A DNA stretch of 64,000 nt from the NCBI GenBank assembly GCA_964016885.1, contig OZ024758.1:34534001-34598000 (forward strand). The letters are read 5' to 3'. This document shows, one piece after another, positions 13,101-26,004 of this stretch. This DNA comes from Eledone cirrhosa (Eukaryota). The number at the start of each line of letters is the position of its first letter. The stretch's first letter is position 1. The notes beneath the pieces were generated by a model that saw only the letters and a list, made by a program, of their open reading frames with translations, was not told where the DNA came from and did not search any database. The translations under genes were made by a program, and so were the position numbers.

Positions 13101-16100
13101 CTGTTGGTGAGAATTCATTTAAGTTCATGGTATTAGTTTGTCAGAAGTAACTCCACTGTTGGTGAGAATTCATTTAAGTTCATGGTATTAGCTGTCAGAA
13201 GTAACTCCACTGTTGGTGAGAATTCATTTAAGTTCATGGTATTAGCTGTCAGAAGTAACTCCACTGTTGGTGAGAATTCATTTAAGTCATGGTATTAGCT
13301 GTCAGAAGTAACTCCATTGTTGGTGAGAATTCAATTAAGTCATGGTACTAGCTGTCAGAAGTAACTCCAATGTTGGTGAGAATTCATTTAAGTTCATGTT
13401 ATTAGCTGTCAGAAGGAACTCCACTGTTGGTGAGAATTCATTTAAGTTCATGGTATTAGCTGTCAGAAGTAACTCCACTGTTGGTGAGAATTCATTTAAG
13501 TTCATGGTATTAGCTGTCAGAAGTAACTGCACCGTTGGTGAGAATTCATTTAAGTTCATGGTACTAGCTGTCAGAAGTAACTCCAATGTTGGTGAGAATT
13601 CATTTAAGTTCATGGTATTAGCTGTCAGAAGTAACTCCACTGTTGGTGAGAATTCATTTAAGTTCATGGTATTAGCTGTCAGAAGTAACTCCACTGTTGG
13701 TGAGAATTCATTTAAGTTCATGGTATTAGCTGTCAGAAGTAACACCACTGTTGGTGAGAATTCATTTAAGTTCATGGTACTAGCTGTCAGAAGTAACTCC
13801 AATGTTGGTGAGAATTCATTTAAGTTCATGGTATTAGCTGTCAGAAGTAACTCCACTGTTGGTGAGAATTCATTTACGTCATGGTATTAGCTGTCAGAAG
13901 TAACTCCACTGTTGGTGAGAATTCATTTAAGTTCATGGTATTAGCTGTCAGAAGTAACTCCACTGTTGGTGAGAATTCATTTAAGTTCATGGTACTAGCT
14001 GTCAGAAGTAACTCCAATGTTGGTGAGAATTCATTTAAGTTCATGGTATTAGCTGTCAGAAGTAACTCCACTGTTGGTGAGAATTCATTTAAGTCATGGT
14101 ATTAGCTGTCAGAAGTAACTCCACTGTTGGTGAGAATTCATTTAAGTCATGGTATTAGCTGTCAGAAGTAACTCCAATGTTGGTGAGAATTCATTTAAGT
14201 TCATGGTACTAGCTGTCAGAAGTCACTCCACTGTTGGTGAGAATTCATTTAAGTTCATGGTACTAGCTGTCAGAAGTAACCCCAATGTTGGTGAGAATTC
14301 ATTTAAGTTCATGGTATTAGCTGTCAGAAGTCACTCCAATGTTGGTGAGAATTCATTTAAGTTCATGGTATTAGCTGTCAGAATTAACTCCACTGTTGGT
14401 AAGAATTCATTTAAGTTCATGGTATTAGCTGTCAGAAGTAACTCCACTGTTGGTGAGAATTCATTTAAGTTCATGGTATTAGCTGTCAGAAGGAACGCCA
14501 CTGTTGGTGAGAATTCATTTAAGTTCATGGTATTAGCTGTCAGAAGTAACTCCACTGTTGGTGAGAATTCATTTAAGTTCATGCTACTAGCTGTCAGAAG
14601 TAACTCCTATGTTGGTGAGAATTCATTTAAGTTCATGGTATTAGCTGTCAGAAGGAACTCCACTGTTGCTGAGAATTCATTTAAGTTCATGGTATTGGCT
14701 GTCAGAAGTAACTCCACTGTTGGTGAGAATTCATTTAAGTTCATGGTGCTAGCTGTCAGAAGTAACTCCACTGTTGGTGAGAATTCATTTAAGTTCATGG
14801 TATTAGCTGTCAGAAGTAACTCCACTGTTGGTGAGAATTCATTTAAGTTCATGGTATTAGCTGACAGAAGTCACTCCACTGTTGGTGAGGATTCATTTAA
14901 GTTCATGGTACTAGCTGTCAGAAGTAACTCCAATGTTGGTGAGAATTCATTTAAATTCATGGTATTAGCTGTCAGAAGTAACTCCACTGTTGGTGAGAAT
15001 TCATTTAAGTTCATGGTATTAGCTGTCAGAAGTAACTCCACTGTTGGTGAGAATTCATTTAAGTTCATGGTATTAGCTGTCAGAAGTAACTCCACTGTTG
15101 GTGAGAATTCATTTAAGTTCATGGTACTAGCTGTCAGAAGTAACTCCAATGTTGGTGAGAATTCATTTAAGTTCATGGTATTAGCTGTCAGAAGTAACTC
15201 CACTGTTGGTGAGAATTCATTTAAGTTCATGGTATTAGCTGTCAGAAGTAACTCCACTGTTGGTGAGAATTCATTTAAGTTCATGGTACTAGCTGTCAGA
15301 AGTAACTCCACTGTTGGTGAGAATTCATTTAAGTTCATGGTATTAGTTTGTCAGAAGTAACTCCACTGTTGGTGAGAATTCATTTAAGTCATGGTATTAG
15401 TTGTCAGAAGTAACTCCAATGTTGGTGAGAATTCATTTAAGTTCATGGTACTAGCTGTCAGAAGTAAATCCACTGTTGGTGAGAATTCATTTAAGTTCAT
15501 GGTATTAGCTGTCAGAAGTAACTCCACTGTTGGTGAGAATTCATTTAAGTTCATGGTATTAGCTGTCAGAAGTAACTCCACTGTTGGTGAGAATTCATTT
15601 AAGTTCATGGTATTAGCTGTCAGAAGTAACTCCACTGTTGGTGAGAATTCATTTAAGTTCATGGTACTAGCTGTCAGAAGTAACTCCAATGTTGGTGAGA
15701 ATTCATTTAAGTTCATGGTATTAGCTGTCAGAAGTAACTCCACTGTTGGTGAGAATTCATTTAAGTCATGGTATTAGCTGTCAGAAGTAACTCCACTGTT
15801 GGTGAGAATTCATTTAAGTTCATGGTATTAGCTGTCAGAAGTAACTCCACTGTTGGTGAGAATTCATTTAAGTTCATGGTACTAGCTGTCAGAAGTAACT
15901 CCAATGTTGGTGAGAATTCATTTAAGTTCATGGTATTAGCTGTCAGAAGTAACTCCACTGTTGGTGAGAATTCATTTAAGTCATCGTATTAGCTGTCAGA
16001 AGTAACTCCACTGTTGGTGAGAATTCATTTAAGTTCATGGTATTAGCTGTCAGAAGTAACTCCACTGTTGGTGAGAATTCATTTAAGTTCATGGTATTAG

Positions 16101-19100
16101 CTGTCAGAAGTAACTCCACTGTTGGTGAGAATTCATTTAAGTTCATGGTATTAGCTGTCAGAAGTAACTCCACTGTTGGTGAGAATTCATTTAAGTTCAT
16201 GGTATTAGCTGTCAGAAGTAACTCCACTGTTGGTGAGAATTCATTTAAGTTCATGGTATTAGTTTGTCAGAAGTAACTCCACTGTTGGTGAGAATTCATT
16301 TAAGTTCATGGTATTAGCTGTCAGAAGTAACTCCACTGTTGGTGAGAATTCATTTAAGTTCATGGTATTAGCTGTCAGAAGTAACTCCACTGTTGGTGAG
16401 AATTCATTTAAGTCATGGTATTAGCTGTCAGAAGTAACTCCATTGTTGGTGAGAATTCAATTAAGTCATGGTACTAGCTGTCAGAAGTAACTCCAATGTT
16501 GGTGAGAATTCATTTAAGTTCATGTTATTAGCTGTCAGAAGGAACTCCACTGTTGGTGAGAATTCATTTAAGTTCATGGTATTAGCTGTCAGAAGTAACT
16601 CCACTGTTGGTGAGAATTCATTTAAGTTCATGGTATTAGCTGTCAGAAGTAACTGCACCGTTGGTGAGAATTCATTTAAGTTCATGGTACTAGCTGTCAG
16701 AAGTAACTCCAATGTTGGTGAGAATTCATTTAAGTTCATGGTATTAGCTGTCAGAAGTAACTCCACTGTTGGTGAGAATTCATTTAAGTTCATGGTATTA
16801 GCTGTCAGAAGTAACTCCACTGTTGGTGAGAATTCATTTAAGTTCATGGTATTAGCTGTCAGAAGTAACACCACTGTTGGTGAGAATTCATTTAAGTTCA
16901 TGGTACTAGCTGTCAGAAGTAACTCCAATGTTGGTGAGAATTCATTTAAGTTCATGGTATTAGCTGTCAGAAGTAACTCCACTGTTGGTGAGAATTCATT
17001 TACGTCATGGTATTAGCTGTCAGAAGTAACTCCACTGTTGGTGAGAATTCATTTAAGTTCATGGTATTAGCTGTCAGAAGTAACTCCACTGTTGGTGAGA
17101 ATTCATTTAAGTTCATGGTACTAGCTGTCAGAAGTAACTCCAATGTTGGTGAGAATTCATTTAAGTTCATGGTATTAGCTGTCAGAAGTAACTCCACTGT
17201 TGGTGAGAATTCATTTAAGTCATGGTATTAGCTGTCAGAAGTAACTCCACTGTTGGTGAGAATTCATTTAAGTCATGGTATTAGCTGTCAGAAGTAACTC
17301 CAATGTTGGTGAGAATTCATTTAAGTTCATGGTACTAGCTGTCAGAAGTCACTCCACTGTTGGTGAGAATTCATTTAAGTTCATGGTACTAGCTGTCAGA
17401 AGTAACCCCAATGTTGGTGAGAATTCATTTAAGTTCATGGTATTAGCTGTCAGAAGTCACTCCAATGTTGGTGAGAATTCATTTAAGTTCATGGTATTAG
17501 CTGTCAGAATTAACTCCACTGTTGGTAAGAATTCATTTAAGTTCATGGTATTAGCTGTCAGAAGTAACTCCACTGCTGGTGAGAATTCATTTAAGTTCAT
17601 GGTATTAGCTGTCAGAAGGAACGCCACTGTTGGTGAGAATTCATTTAAGTTCATGGTATTAGCTGTCAGAAGTAACTCCACTGTTGGTGAGAATTCATTT
17701 AAGTTCATGCTACTAGCTGTCAGAAGTAACTCCTATGTTGGTGAGAATTCATTTAAGTTCATGGTATTAGCTGTCAGAAGGAACTCCACTGTTGCTGAGA
17801 ATTCATTTAAGTTCATGGTATTGGCTGTCAGAAGTAACTCCACTGTTGGTGAGAATTCATTTAAGTTCATGGTGCTAGCTGTCAGAAGTAACTCCACTGT
17901 TGGTGAGAATTCATTTAAGTTCATGGTATTAGCTGTCAGAAGTAACTCCACTGTTGGTGAGAATTCATTTAAGTTCATGGTATTAGCTGACAGAAGTCAC
18001 TCCACTGTTGGTGAGGATTCATTTAAGTTCATGGTACTAGCTGTCAGAAGTAACTCCAATGTTGGTGAGAATTCATTTAAATTCATGGTATTAGCTGTCA
18101 GAAGTAACTCCACTGTTGGTGAGAATTCATTTAAGTTCATGGTATTAGCTGTCAGAAGTAACTCCACTGTTGGTGAGAATTCATTTAAGTTCATGGTATT
18201 AGCTGTCAGAAGTAACTCCACTGTTGGTGAGAATTCATTTAAGTTCATGGTACTAGCTGTCAGAAGTAACTCCAATGTTGGTGAGAATTCATTTAAGTTC
18301 ATGGTATTAGCTGTCAGAAGTAACTCCACTGTTGGTGAGAATTCATTTAAGTTCATGGTATTAGCTGTCAGAAGTAACTCCACTGTTGGTGAGAATTCAT
18401 TTAAGTTCATGGTACTAGCTGTCAGAAGTAACTCCACTGTTGGTGAGAATTCATTTAAGTTCATGGTATTAGTTTGTCAGAAGTAACTCCACTGTTGGTG
18501 AGAATTCATTTAAGTCATGGTATTAGTTGTCAGAAGTAACTCCAATGTTGGTGAGAATTCATTTAAGTTCATGGTACTAGCTGTCAGAAGTAAATCCACT
18601 GTTGGTGAGAATTCATTTAAGTTCATGGTATTAGCTGTCAGAAGTAACTCCACTGTTGGTGAGAATTCATTTAAGTTCATGGTATTAGCTGTCAGAAGTA
18701 ACTCCACTGTTGGTGAGAATTCATTTAAGTTCATGGTATTAGCTGTCAGAAGTAACTCCACTGTTGGTGAGAATTCATTTAAGTTCATGGTACTAGCTGT
18801 CAGAAGTAACTCCAATGTTGGTGAGAATTCATTTAAGTTCATGGTATTAGCTGTCAGAAGTAACTCCACTGTTGGTGAGAATTCATTTAAGTCATGGTAT
18901 TAGCTGTCAGAAGTAACTCCACTGTTGGTGAGAATTCATTTAAGTTCATGGTATTAGCTGTCAGAAGTAACTCCACTGTTGGTGAGAATTCATTTAAGTT
19001 CATGGTACTAGCTGTCAGAAGTAACTCCAATGTTGGTGAGAATTCATTTAAGTTCATGGTATTAGCTGTCAGAAGTAACTCCACTGTTGGTGAGAATTCA

Positions 19101-19430
19101 TTTAAGTCATGGTATTAGCTGTCAGAAGTAACTCCACTGTTGGTGAGAATTCATTTAAGTTCATGGTATTAGCTGTCAGAAGTAACTCCACTGTTGGTGA
19201 GAATTCATTTAAGTTCATGGTATTAGCTGTCAGAAGTAACTCCACTGTTGGTGAGAATTCATTTAAGTTCATGGTATTAGCTGTCAGAAGTAACTCCACT
19301 GTTGGTGAGAATTCATTTAAGTTCATGGTATTAGCTGTCAGAAGTAACTCCACTGTTGGTGAGAATTCATTTAAGTTCATGGTATTAGTTTGTCAGAAGT
19401 AACTCCACTGTTGGTGAGAATTCATTTAAG
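10163..19430. repeat. Higher-order repeat: ~3 copies of a 3126-bp (58-monomer) unit
   Basis: Units start at 10163, 13289 and 16415, and the ORF landmarks shift by exactly 3126 (11023/14149/17275; 12265/15391/18517). The length fits 58x54 - 8 deletions + 2 insertions = 3126. Confidence 0.93.
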
Positions 19431-19861
19431 TCATGGTATTAGTTGTCAGAAGTAACTCCACTGTTGGTGAGAATTCATTTAAGTTCATGGTAATAGCTGT
19501 CAGAAGTAACTCCACTGTTGGTGAGAACTCATTTAAGTCATGGTATTAGCTGTCAGAAGTAACTCCAATGTTGGTGAGAATTCATTTAAGTCATGGTACT
19601 AGCTGTCAGAAGTAACTCCAATGTTGGTGAGAATTCATTTAAGTTCATGGTATTAGCTGTCAGAAGTAACTCCACTGTTGGTGAGAATTCATTTAAGTTC
19701 ATGGTATTAGCTGTCAGAAGTAACTCCACTGTTGGTGAGAATTCATTTAAGTCATGGTATTAGCTGTCAGAAGTAACTCCAATGTTGGTGAGAATTCATT
19801 TAAGTTCATGGTATTAGCTGTCAGAAGTCACTCCACTGTTGGTGAGAATTCATTTAAGTTC

Positions 19862-21049
19862 ATGGTACTAGCTGTCAGAAGTAACCCCAATGTTGGTGAG
19901 AATTCATTTAAGTTCATGGTATTAGCTGTCAGAAGTCACTCCAATGTTGGTGAGAATTCATTTAAGTTCATGGTATTAGCTGTCAGAATTAACTCCACTG
20001 TTGGTAAGAATTCATTTAAGTTCATGGTATTAGCTGTCAGAAGTAACTCCACTGTTGGTGAGAATTCATTTAAGTTCATGGTATTAGCTGTCAGAAGGAA
20101 CGCCACTGTTGGTGAGAATTCATTTAAGTTCATGGTATTAGCTGTCAGAAGTAACTCCACTGTTGGTGAGAATTCATTTAAGTTCATGCTACTAGCTGTC
20201 AGAAGTAACTCCTATGTTGGTGAGAATTCATTTAAGTTCATGGTATTAGCTGTCAGAAGGAACTCCACTGTTGCTGAGAATTCATTTAAGGTCATGGTAT
20301 TAGCTGTCAGAAGTAACTCCACTGTTGGTGAGAATTCATTTAAGTTCATGGTGCTAGCTGTCAGAAGTAACTCCACTGTTGGTGAGAATTCATTTAAGTT
20401 CATGGTATTAGCTGTCAGAAGTAACTCCACTGTTGGTGAGAATTCATTTAAGTTCATGGTACTAGCTGTCAGAAGTAACCCCAATGTTGGTGAGAATTCA
20501 TTTAAGTTCATGGTATTAGCTGTCAGAAGTCACTCCAATGTTGGTGAGAATTCATTTAAGTTCATGGTATTAGCTGTCAGAATTAACTCCACTGTTGGTA
20601 AGAATTCATTTAAGTTCATGGTATTAGCTGTCAGAAGTAACTCCACTGTTGGTGAGAATTCATTTAAGTTCATGGTATTAGCTGTCAGAAGGAACGCCAC
20701 TGTTGGTGAGAATTCATTTAAGTTCATGGTATTAGCTGTCAGAAGTAACTCCACTGTTGGTGAGAATTCATTTAAGTTCATGCTACTAGCTGTCAGAAGT
20801 AACTCCTATGTTGGTGAGAATTCATTTAAGTTCATGGTATTAGCTGTCAGAAGGAACTCCACTGTTGCTGAGAATTCATTTAAGGTCATGGTATTAGCTG
20901 TCAGAAGTAACTCCACTGTTGGTGAGAATTCATTTAAGTTCATGGTGCTAGCTGTCAGAAGTAACTCCACTGTTGGTGAGAATTCATTTAAGTTCATGGT
21001 ATTAGCTGTCAGAAGTAACTCCACTGTTGGTGAGAATTCATTTAAGTTC
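19862..21049. repeat. Tandem duplication of 594 bp (11 monomers)
   Basis: The marker series from AACCCC through GGTGCTAG repeats at 19862 and 20456. The rare TTAAGGTC variant is present in both copies (20291, 20885). Confidence 0.9.
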
Positions 21050-22233
21050 ATGGTATTAGCTGACAGAAGTCACTCCACTGTTGGTGAGGATTCATTTAAG
21101 TTCATGGTACTAGCTGTCAGAAGTAACTCCAATGTTGGTGAGAATTCATTTAAATTCATGGTATTAGCTGTCAGAAGTAACTCCACTGTTGGTGAGAATT
21201 CATTTAAGTTCATGGTATTAGCTGTCAGAAGTAACTCCACTGTTGGTGAGAATTCATTTAAGTTCATGGTATTAGCTGTCAGAAGTAACTCCACTGTTGG
21301 TGAGAATTCATTTAAGTTCATGGTACTAGCTGTCAGAAGTAACTCCAATGTTGGTGAGAATTCATTTAAGTTCATGGTATTAGCTGTCAGAAGTAACTCC
21401 ACTGTTGGTGAGAATTCAGTTAAGCCATGGTATTAGCTGTCAGAAGTAACTCCAATGTTGGTGAGAATTCATTTAAGTTCATGGTATTAGCTGTCAGAAG
21501 TAACTCCACTGTTGGTGAGAATTCATTTAAGTTCATGGTATTAGCTGTCAGAAGTAACTCCACTGTTGGTGAGAATTCATTTAAGTTCATGGTACTAGCT
21601 GTCAGAAGTAACTCCACTGTTGGTGAGAATTCATTTAAGTTCATGGTATTAGTTTGTCAGAAGTAACTCCACTGTTGGTGAGAATTCATTTAAGTCATGG
21701 TATTAGTTGTCAGAAGTAACTCCAATGTTGGTGAGAATTCATTTAAGTTCATGGTACTAGCTGTCAGAAGTAAATCCACTGTTGGTGAGAATTCATTTAA
21801 GTTCATGGTATTAGCTGTCAGAAGTAACTCCACTGTTGGTGAGAATTCATTTAAGTCATGGTATTAGCTGTCAGAAGTAACTCCAATGTTGGTGAGAATT
21901 CATTTAAGTCATGGTATTAGCTGTCAGAAGTAACTCCAATGTTGGTGAGAATTCATTTAAGTCATGGTACTAGCTGTCAGAAGTAACTCCAATGTTGGTG
22001 AGAATTCATTTAAGTTCATGGTATTAGCTGTCAGAAGTAACTCCACTGTTGGTGAGAATTCGTTTAAGTTCATGGTATTAGCTGTCAGAAGTAACTCCAC
22101 TGTTGGTGAGAATTCATTTAAGTTCATGGTATTAGCTGTCAGAAGTAACTCCACTGTTGGTGAGAATTCATTTAAGTTCATGGTATTAGCTGTCAGAAGT
22201 AACTCCACTGTTGGTGAGAATTCATTTAAGTTC

Positions 22234-24713
22234 ATGGTATTAGCTGTCAGAAGGAACTCCAATGTTGGTGAGAATTCATTTAAGTCATGGTACTAGCTGT
22301 CAGAAGTAACTCCACTGTTGGTGAGAATTCATTTAAGTTCATGGTATTAGCTGTCAGAAGGAACGCCACTGTTGGTGAGAATTCATTTAAGTTCATGGTA
22401 TTAGCTGTCAGAAGTAACTCCACTGTTGGTGAGAATTCATTTAAGTTCATGGTACTAGCTGTCAGAAGTAACTCCAATGTTGGTGAGAATTCATTTAAGT
22501 TCATGGTATTAGCTGTCAGAAGGAACTCCACTGTTGCTGAGAATTCATTTAAGTTCATGGTATTAGCTGTCAGAAGTAACTCCACTGTTGGTGAGAATTC
22601 ATTTAAGTTCATGGTACTAGCTGTCAGAAGTAACTCCAATGTTGGTGAGAATTCATTTAAGTCATGGTACTAGCTGTCAGAAGTAACCCCAATGTTGGTG
22701 AGAATTCATTTAAGTTCATGGTATTAGCTGTCAGAAGTCACTCCAATGTTGGTGAGAATTCATTTAAGTTCATGGTATTAGCTGTCAGAAGTAACTCCAC
22801 TGTTGGTAAGAATTCATTTAAGTTCATGGTATTAGCTGTCAGAAGTAACTCCACTGTTGGTGAGAATTCATTTAAGTTCATGGTATTAGCTGTCAGAAGG
22901 AACGCCACTGTTGGTGAGAATTCATTTAAGTTCATGGTATTAGCTGTCAGAAGTAACTCCACTGTTGGTGAGAATTAATTTAAGTTCATGCTACTAGCTG
23001 TCAGAAGTAACTCCTATGTTGGTGAGAATTCATTTAAGTTCATGGTATTAGCTGTCAGAAGGAACTCCACTGTTGCTGAGAATTCATTTAAGTTCATGGT
23101 ATTAGCTGTCAGAAGTAACTCCACTGTTGGTGAGAATTCATTTAAGTTCATGGTGCTAGCTGTCAGAAGTAACTCCAATGTTGGTGAGAATTCATTTAAG
23201 TTCATGGTATTAGCTGTCAGAAGTAACTCCACTGTTGGTGAGAATTCATTTAAGTTCATGGTATTAGCTGACAGAAGTCACTCCACTGTTGGTGAGGATT
23301 CATTTAAGTTCATGGTACTAGCTGTCAGAAGTAACTCCAATGTTGGTGAGAATTCATTTAAATTCATGGTATTAGCTGTCAGAAGTAACTCCACTGTTGG
23401 TGAGAATTCATTTAAGTTCATGGTATTAGCTGTCAGAAGTAACTCCACTGTTGGTGAGAATTCATTTAAGTTCATGGTATTAGCTGTCAGAAGGAACTCC
23501 AATGTTGGTGAGAATTCATTTAAGTCATGGTACTAGCTGTCAGAAGTAACTCCACTGTTGGTGAGAATTCATTTAAGTTCATGGTATTAGCTGTCAGAAG
23601 GAACGCCACTGTTGGTGAGAATTCATTTAAGTTCATGGTATTAGCTGTCAGAAGTAACTCCACTGTTGGTGAGAATTCATTTAAGTTCATGGTACTAGCT
23701 GTCAGAAGTAACTCCAATGTTGGTGAGAATTCATTTAAGTTCATGGTATTAGCTGTCAGAAGGAACTCCACTGTTGCTGAGAATTCATTTAAGTTCATGG
23801 TATTAGCTGTCAGAAGTAACTCCACTGTTGGTGAGAATTCATTTAAGTTCATGGTACTAGCTGTCAGAAGTAACTCCAATGTTGGTGAGAATTCATTTAA
23901 GTCATGGTACTAGCTGTCAGAAGTAACCCCAATGTTGGTGAGAATTCATTTAAGTTCATGGTATTAGCTGTCAGAAGTCACTCCAATGTTGGTGAGAATT
24001 CATTTAAGTTCATGGTATTAGCTGTCAGAAGTAACTCCACTGTTGGTAAGAATTCATTTAAGTTCATGGTATTAGCTGTCAGAAGTAACTCCACTGTTGG
24101 TGAGAATTCATTTAAGTTCATGGTATTAGCTGTCAGAAGGAACGCCACTGTTGGTGAGAATTCATTTAAGTTCATGGTATTAGCTGTCAGAAGTAACTCC
24201 ACTGTTGGTGAGAATTCATTTAAGTTCATGCTACTAGCTGTCAGAAGTAACTCCTATGTTGGTGAGAATTCATTTAAGTTCATGGTATTAGCTGTCAGAA
24301 GGAACTCCACTGTTGCTGAGAATTCATTTAAGTTCATGGTATTAGCTGTCAGAAGTAACTCCACTGTTGGTGAGAATTCATTTAAGTTCATGGTGCTAGC
24401 TGTCAGAAGTAACTCCAATGTTGGTGAGAATTCATTTAAGTTCATGGTATTAGCTGTCAGAAGTAACTCCACTGTTGGTGAGAATTCATTTAAGTTCATG
24501 GTATTAGCTGACAGAAGTCACTCCACTGTTGGTGAGGATTCATTTAAGTTCATGGTACTAGCTGTCAGAAGTAACTCCAATGTTGGTGAGAATTCATTTA
24601 AATTCATGGTATTAGCTGTCAGAAGTAACTCCACTGTTGGTGAGAATTCATTTAAGTTCATGGTATTAGCTGTCAGAAGTAACTCCACTGTTGGTGAGAA
24701 TTCATTTAAGTTC
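22234..24713. repeat. Tandem duplication of 1240 bp (23 monomers)
   Basis: Landmarks 22287/23527 and 22664/23904 are offset by 1240 bp with the same marker order. Confidence 0.88.
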
Positions 24714-26004
24714 ATGGTATTAGCTGTCAGAAGTAACTCCACTGTTGGTGAGAATTCATTTAAGTTCATGGTACTAGCTGTCAGAAGTAACTCCAATGTT
24801 GGTGAGAATTCATTTAAGTTCATGGTATTAGCTGTCAGAAGTAACTCCACTGTAGGTGAGAATTCATTTAAGTCATGGTATTAGCTGTCAGAAGTAACTC
24901 CACTGTTGGTGAGAATTCATTTAAGTTCATGGTATTAGCTGTCAGAAGTAACTCCACTGTTGGTGAGAATTCATTTAAGTCATGGTATTAGCTGTCAGAA
25001 GTAACTCCACTGTTGGTGAGAATTCATTTAAGTTCATGGTATTAGCTGTCAGAAGTAACTCCACTGTTGGTGAGAATTCATTTAAGTTCATGGTATTAGC
25101 TGTCAGAAGTAACTCCACTGTTGGTGAGAATTCATTTAAGTTCATGGTATTAGTTTGTCAGAAGTAACTCCACTGTTGGTGAGAATTCATTTAAGTCATT
25201 GTATTAGTTGTCAGAAGTAACTCCAATGTTGGTGAGAATTCATTTAAGTTCATGGTACTAGCTGTCAGAAGTAACTCCACTGTTGGTGAGAATTCATTTA
25301 AGTCATGGTACTAGCTGTCAGAAGTAACTCCAATGTTGGTGAGAATTCATTTAAGTTCTTGGTATTAGCTGTCAGAAGGAACTCCACTGTTGGTGAGAAT
25401 TCATTTAAGTTCATGGTATTAGCTGTCAGAAGTAACTCCACTGTTGGTGAGAATTCATTTAAGTTCATGGTACTAGCTGTCAGAAGTAACTCCAATGTTG
25501 GTGAGAATTCATTTAAGTTCATGGTATTAGCTGTCAGAAGTAACTCCACTGTTGGTGAGAATTCAGTTAAGCCATGGTATTAGCTGTCAGAAGTAACTCC
25601 AATGTTGGTGAGAATTCATTTAAGTTCATGGTATTAGCTGTCAGAAGTAACTCCACTGTTGGTGAGAATTCATTTAAGTTCATGGTATTAGCTGTCAGAG
25701 GTAACTCCACTCTTGGTGAGAATTCATTTAAGTTCATGGTACTAGCTGTCAGAAGTAGCTCCACTGTTGGTGAGAATTCATTTAAGTTCATGGTATTAGT
25801 TTGTCAGAAGTAACTCCACTGTTGGTGAGAATTCATTTAAGTCATGGTATTAGTTGTCAGAAGTAACTCCAATGTTGGTGAGAATTCATTTAAGTTCATG
25901 GTACTAGCTGTCAGAAGTAAATCCACTGTTGGTGAGAATTCATTTAAGTTCATGGTATTAGCTGTCAGAAGTAACTCCACTGTTGGTGAGAATTCATTTA
26001 AGTC

